From Curvularia clavata (Eukaryota): DNA of 64,000 bases. The translations under genes were made by a program, and so were the position numbers. Positions 63,401-64,000 of this stretch are shown one piece after another. The stretch spans positions 4,216,001 to 4,280,000 of the forward strand of contig CP089276.1 of NCBI GenBank assembly GCA_023920165.1. The letters run 5' to 3'. The first letter of the stretch is position 1. Every line of letters starts with the position of its first letter. The notes below the pieces were generated by a model. That model searched no databases. It was not told the DNA's origin and saw nothing but the letters and a program-made list of their open reading frames with translations.

Positions 63401-64000
63401 ACGTAGAGAAACGAGCATACTTAAAAGGTAGTTTCTAGAGTAGAAAGCCGAATTTAGTAGATACTAAAACTAGACTAACAGACTATAAAGCTAGAGGAAA
63501 AGAGAAGAGCGCAACTCTAGAAATCTCTAAATAATATAGAGACCTAGAATACTTATTTTAGAAAGTAGTAGATAAATAAGTATTACTAAAGCATTAACTC
63601 TAGGACTATAGAATTGTAATCTAAAAAGAAAAGAAACTACTTTTTAGCTCTATATACTAATTAATAGAATAAGAACTTGAAGTACTATAAAAGTATTTAG
63701 ATAAAGCCTAAAAGAAAGGGTATATATAAAAATTAGAATTACTAGCTAGAGTATTAATTATATTTATACTAAAGAAAAATAGATTAGATCGACTATATAT
63801 TAACTACTAAGGGCTTAATAATATGACTATTAAAAATTAATACTCACTACTAAATATTATAGAACTAAGAAATTAACTAATATAAGTAAAGATCTTTATA
63901 GTACTAGATCTATAAGACGGCTACTATCTTATTAGAATTGCAGAAGGCGAAGAATAGAAAATAGCTTTTAGAATATAATATAGATGTTTTAAATATATAG
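60499..64000 (+). mobile_element. RIP-destroyed Ty3/Gypsy LTR retrotransposon, truncated by the window end
   Basis: 5' LTR starts TGTTACG and probably ends ~60857 (TATAATA as RIP form of CGTAACA); zinc knuckle C-x2-C-x4-H-x4-C relic ~61793-61833; protease LVDSG relic ~63010; RT relics RLCIDY..LN..TIKN.YPLP and LDL.DGY.LIRIAEGEEWKTAF at 63790-64000. Confidence 0.93.

Noticed and set aside
52641..64000. Starship element
   Set aside because: No tyrosine-recombinase captain or boundary repeats seen within the window

Overview
This is a eukaryotic window from a filamentous ascomycete. Gene content, short GT-AG introns with CTRAC branch points and strong RIP suggest Dothideomycetes/Pleosporales (inference). 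There are about 23 protein-coding loci and one intron-containing tRNA-Lys(CTT). Positions 1-31 kb and 41-52 kb carry mostly conserved or metabolic genes: HAD hydrolase, SDR, AMID-like oxidoreductase, amino-acid permease, Pth11-like membrane protein, Sec61beta, xylose reductase, Drs2 flippase, NOSIP-like, tafazzin, NC2alpha, SGNH hydrolase, Sin1/Avo1 and PRCC-like. An accessory-looking block of about 10 kb follows the tRNA. It holds a frameshifted F-box gene, an unknown secreted protein, a DHA1 MFS transporter and the main finding: an intact six-exon homologue of the non-canonical terpene cyclase BcABA3, with altered acidic motifs and no ABA P450 genes nearby. From 52.6 kb the sequence is repeat-rich: a RIP-mutated Tc1/mariner element with a nested solo LTR, a GH92 mannosidase, an orphan gene and a RIP-destroyed Ty3/Gypsy retrotransposon running off the window end. 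All family calls come from motif recognition by eye, not from database searches.
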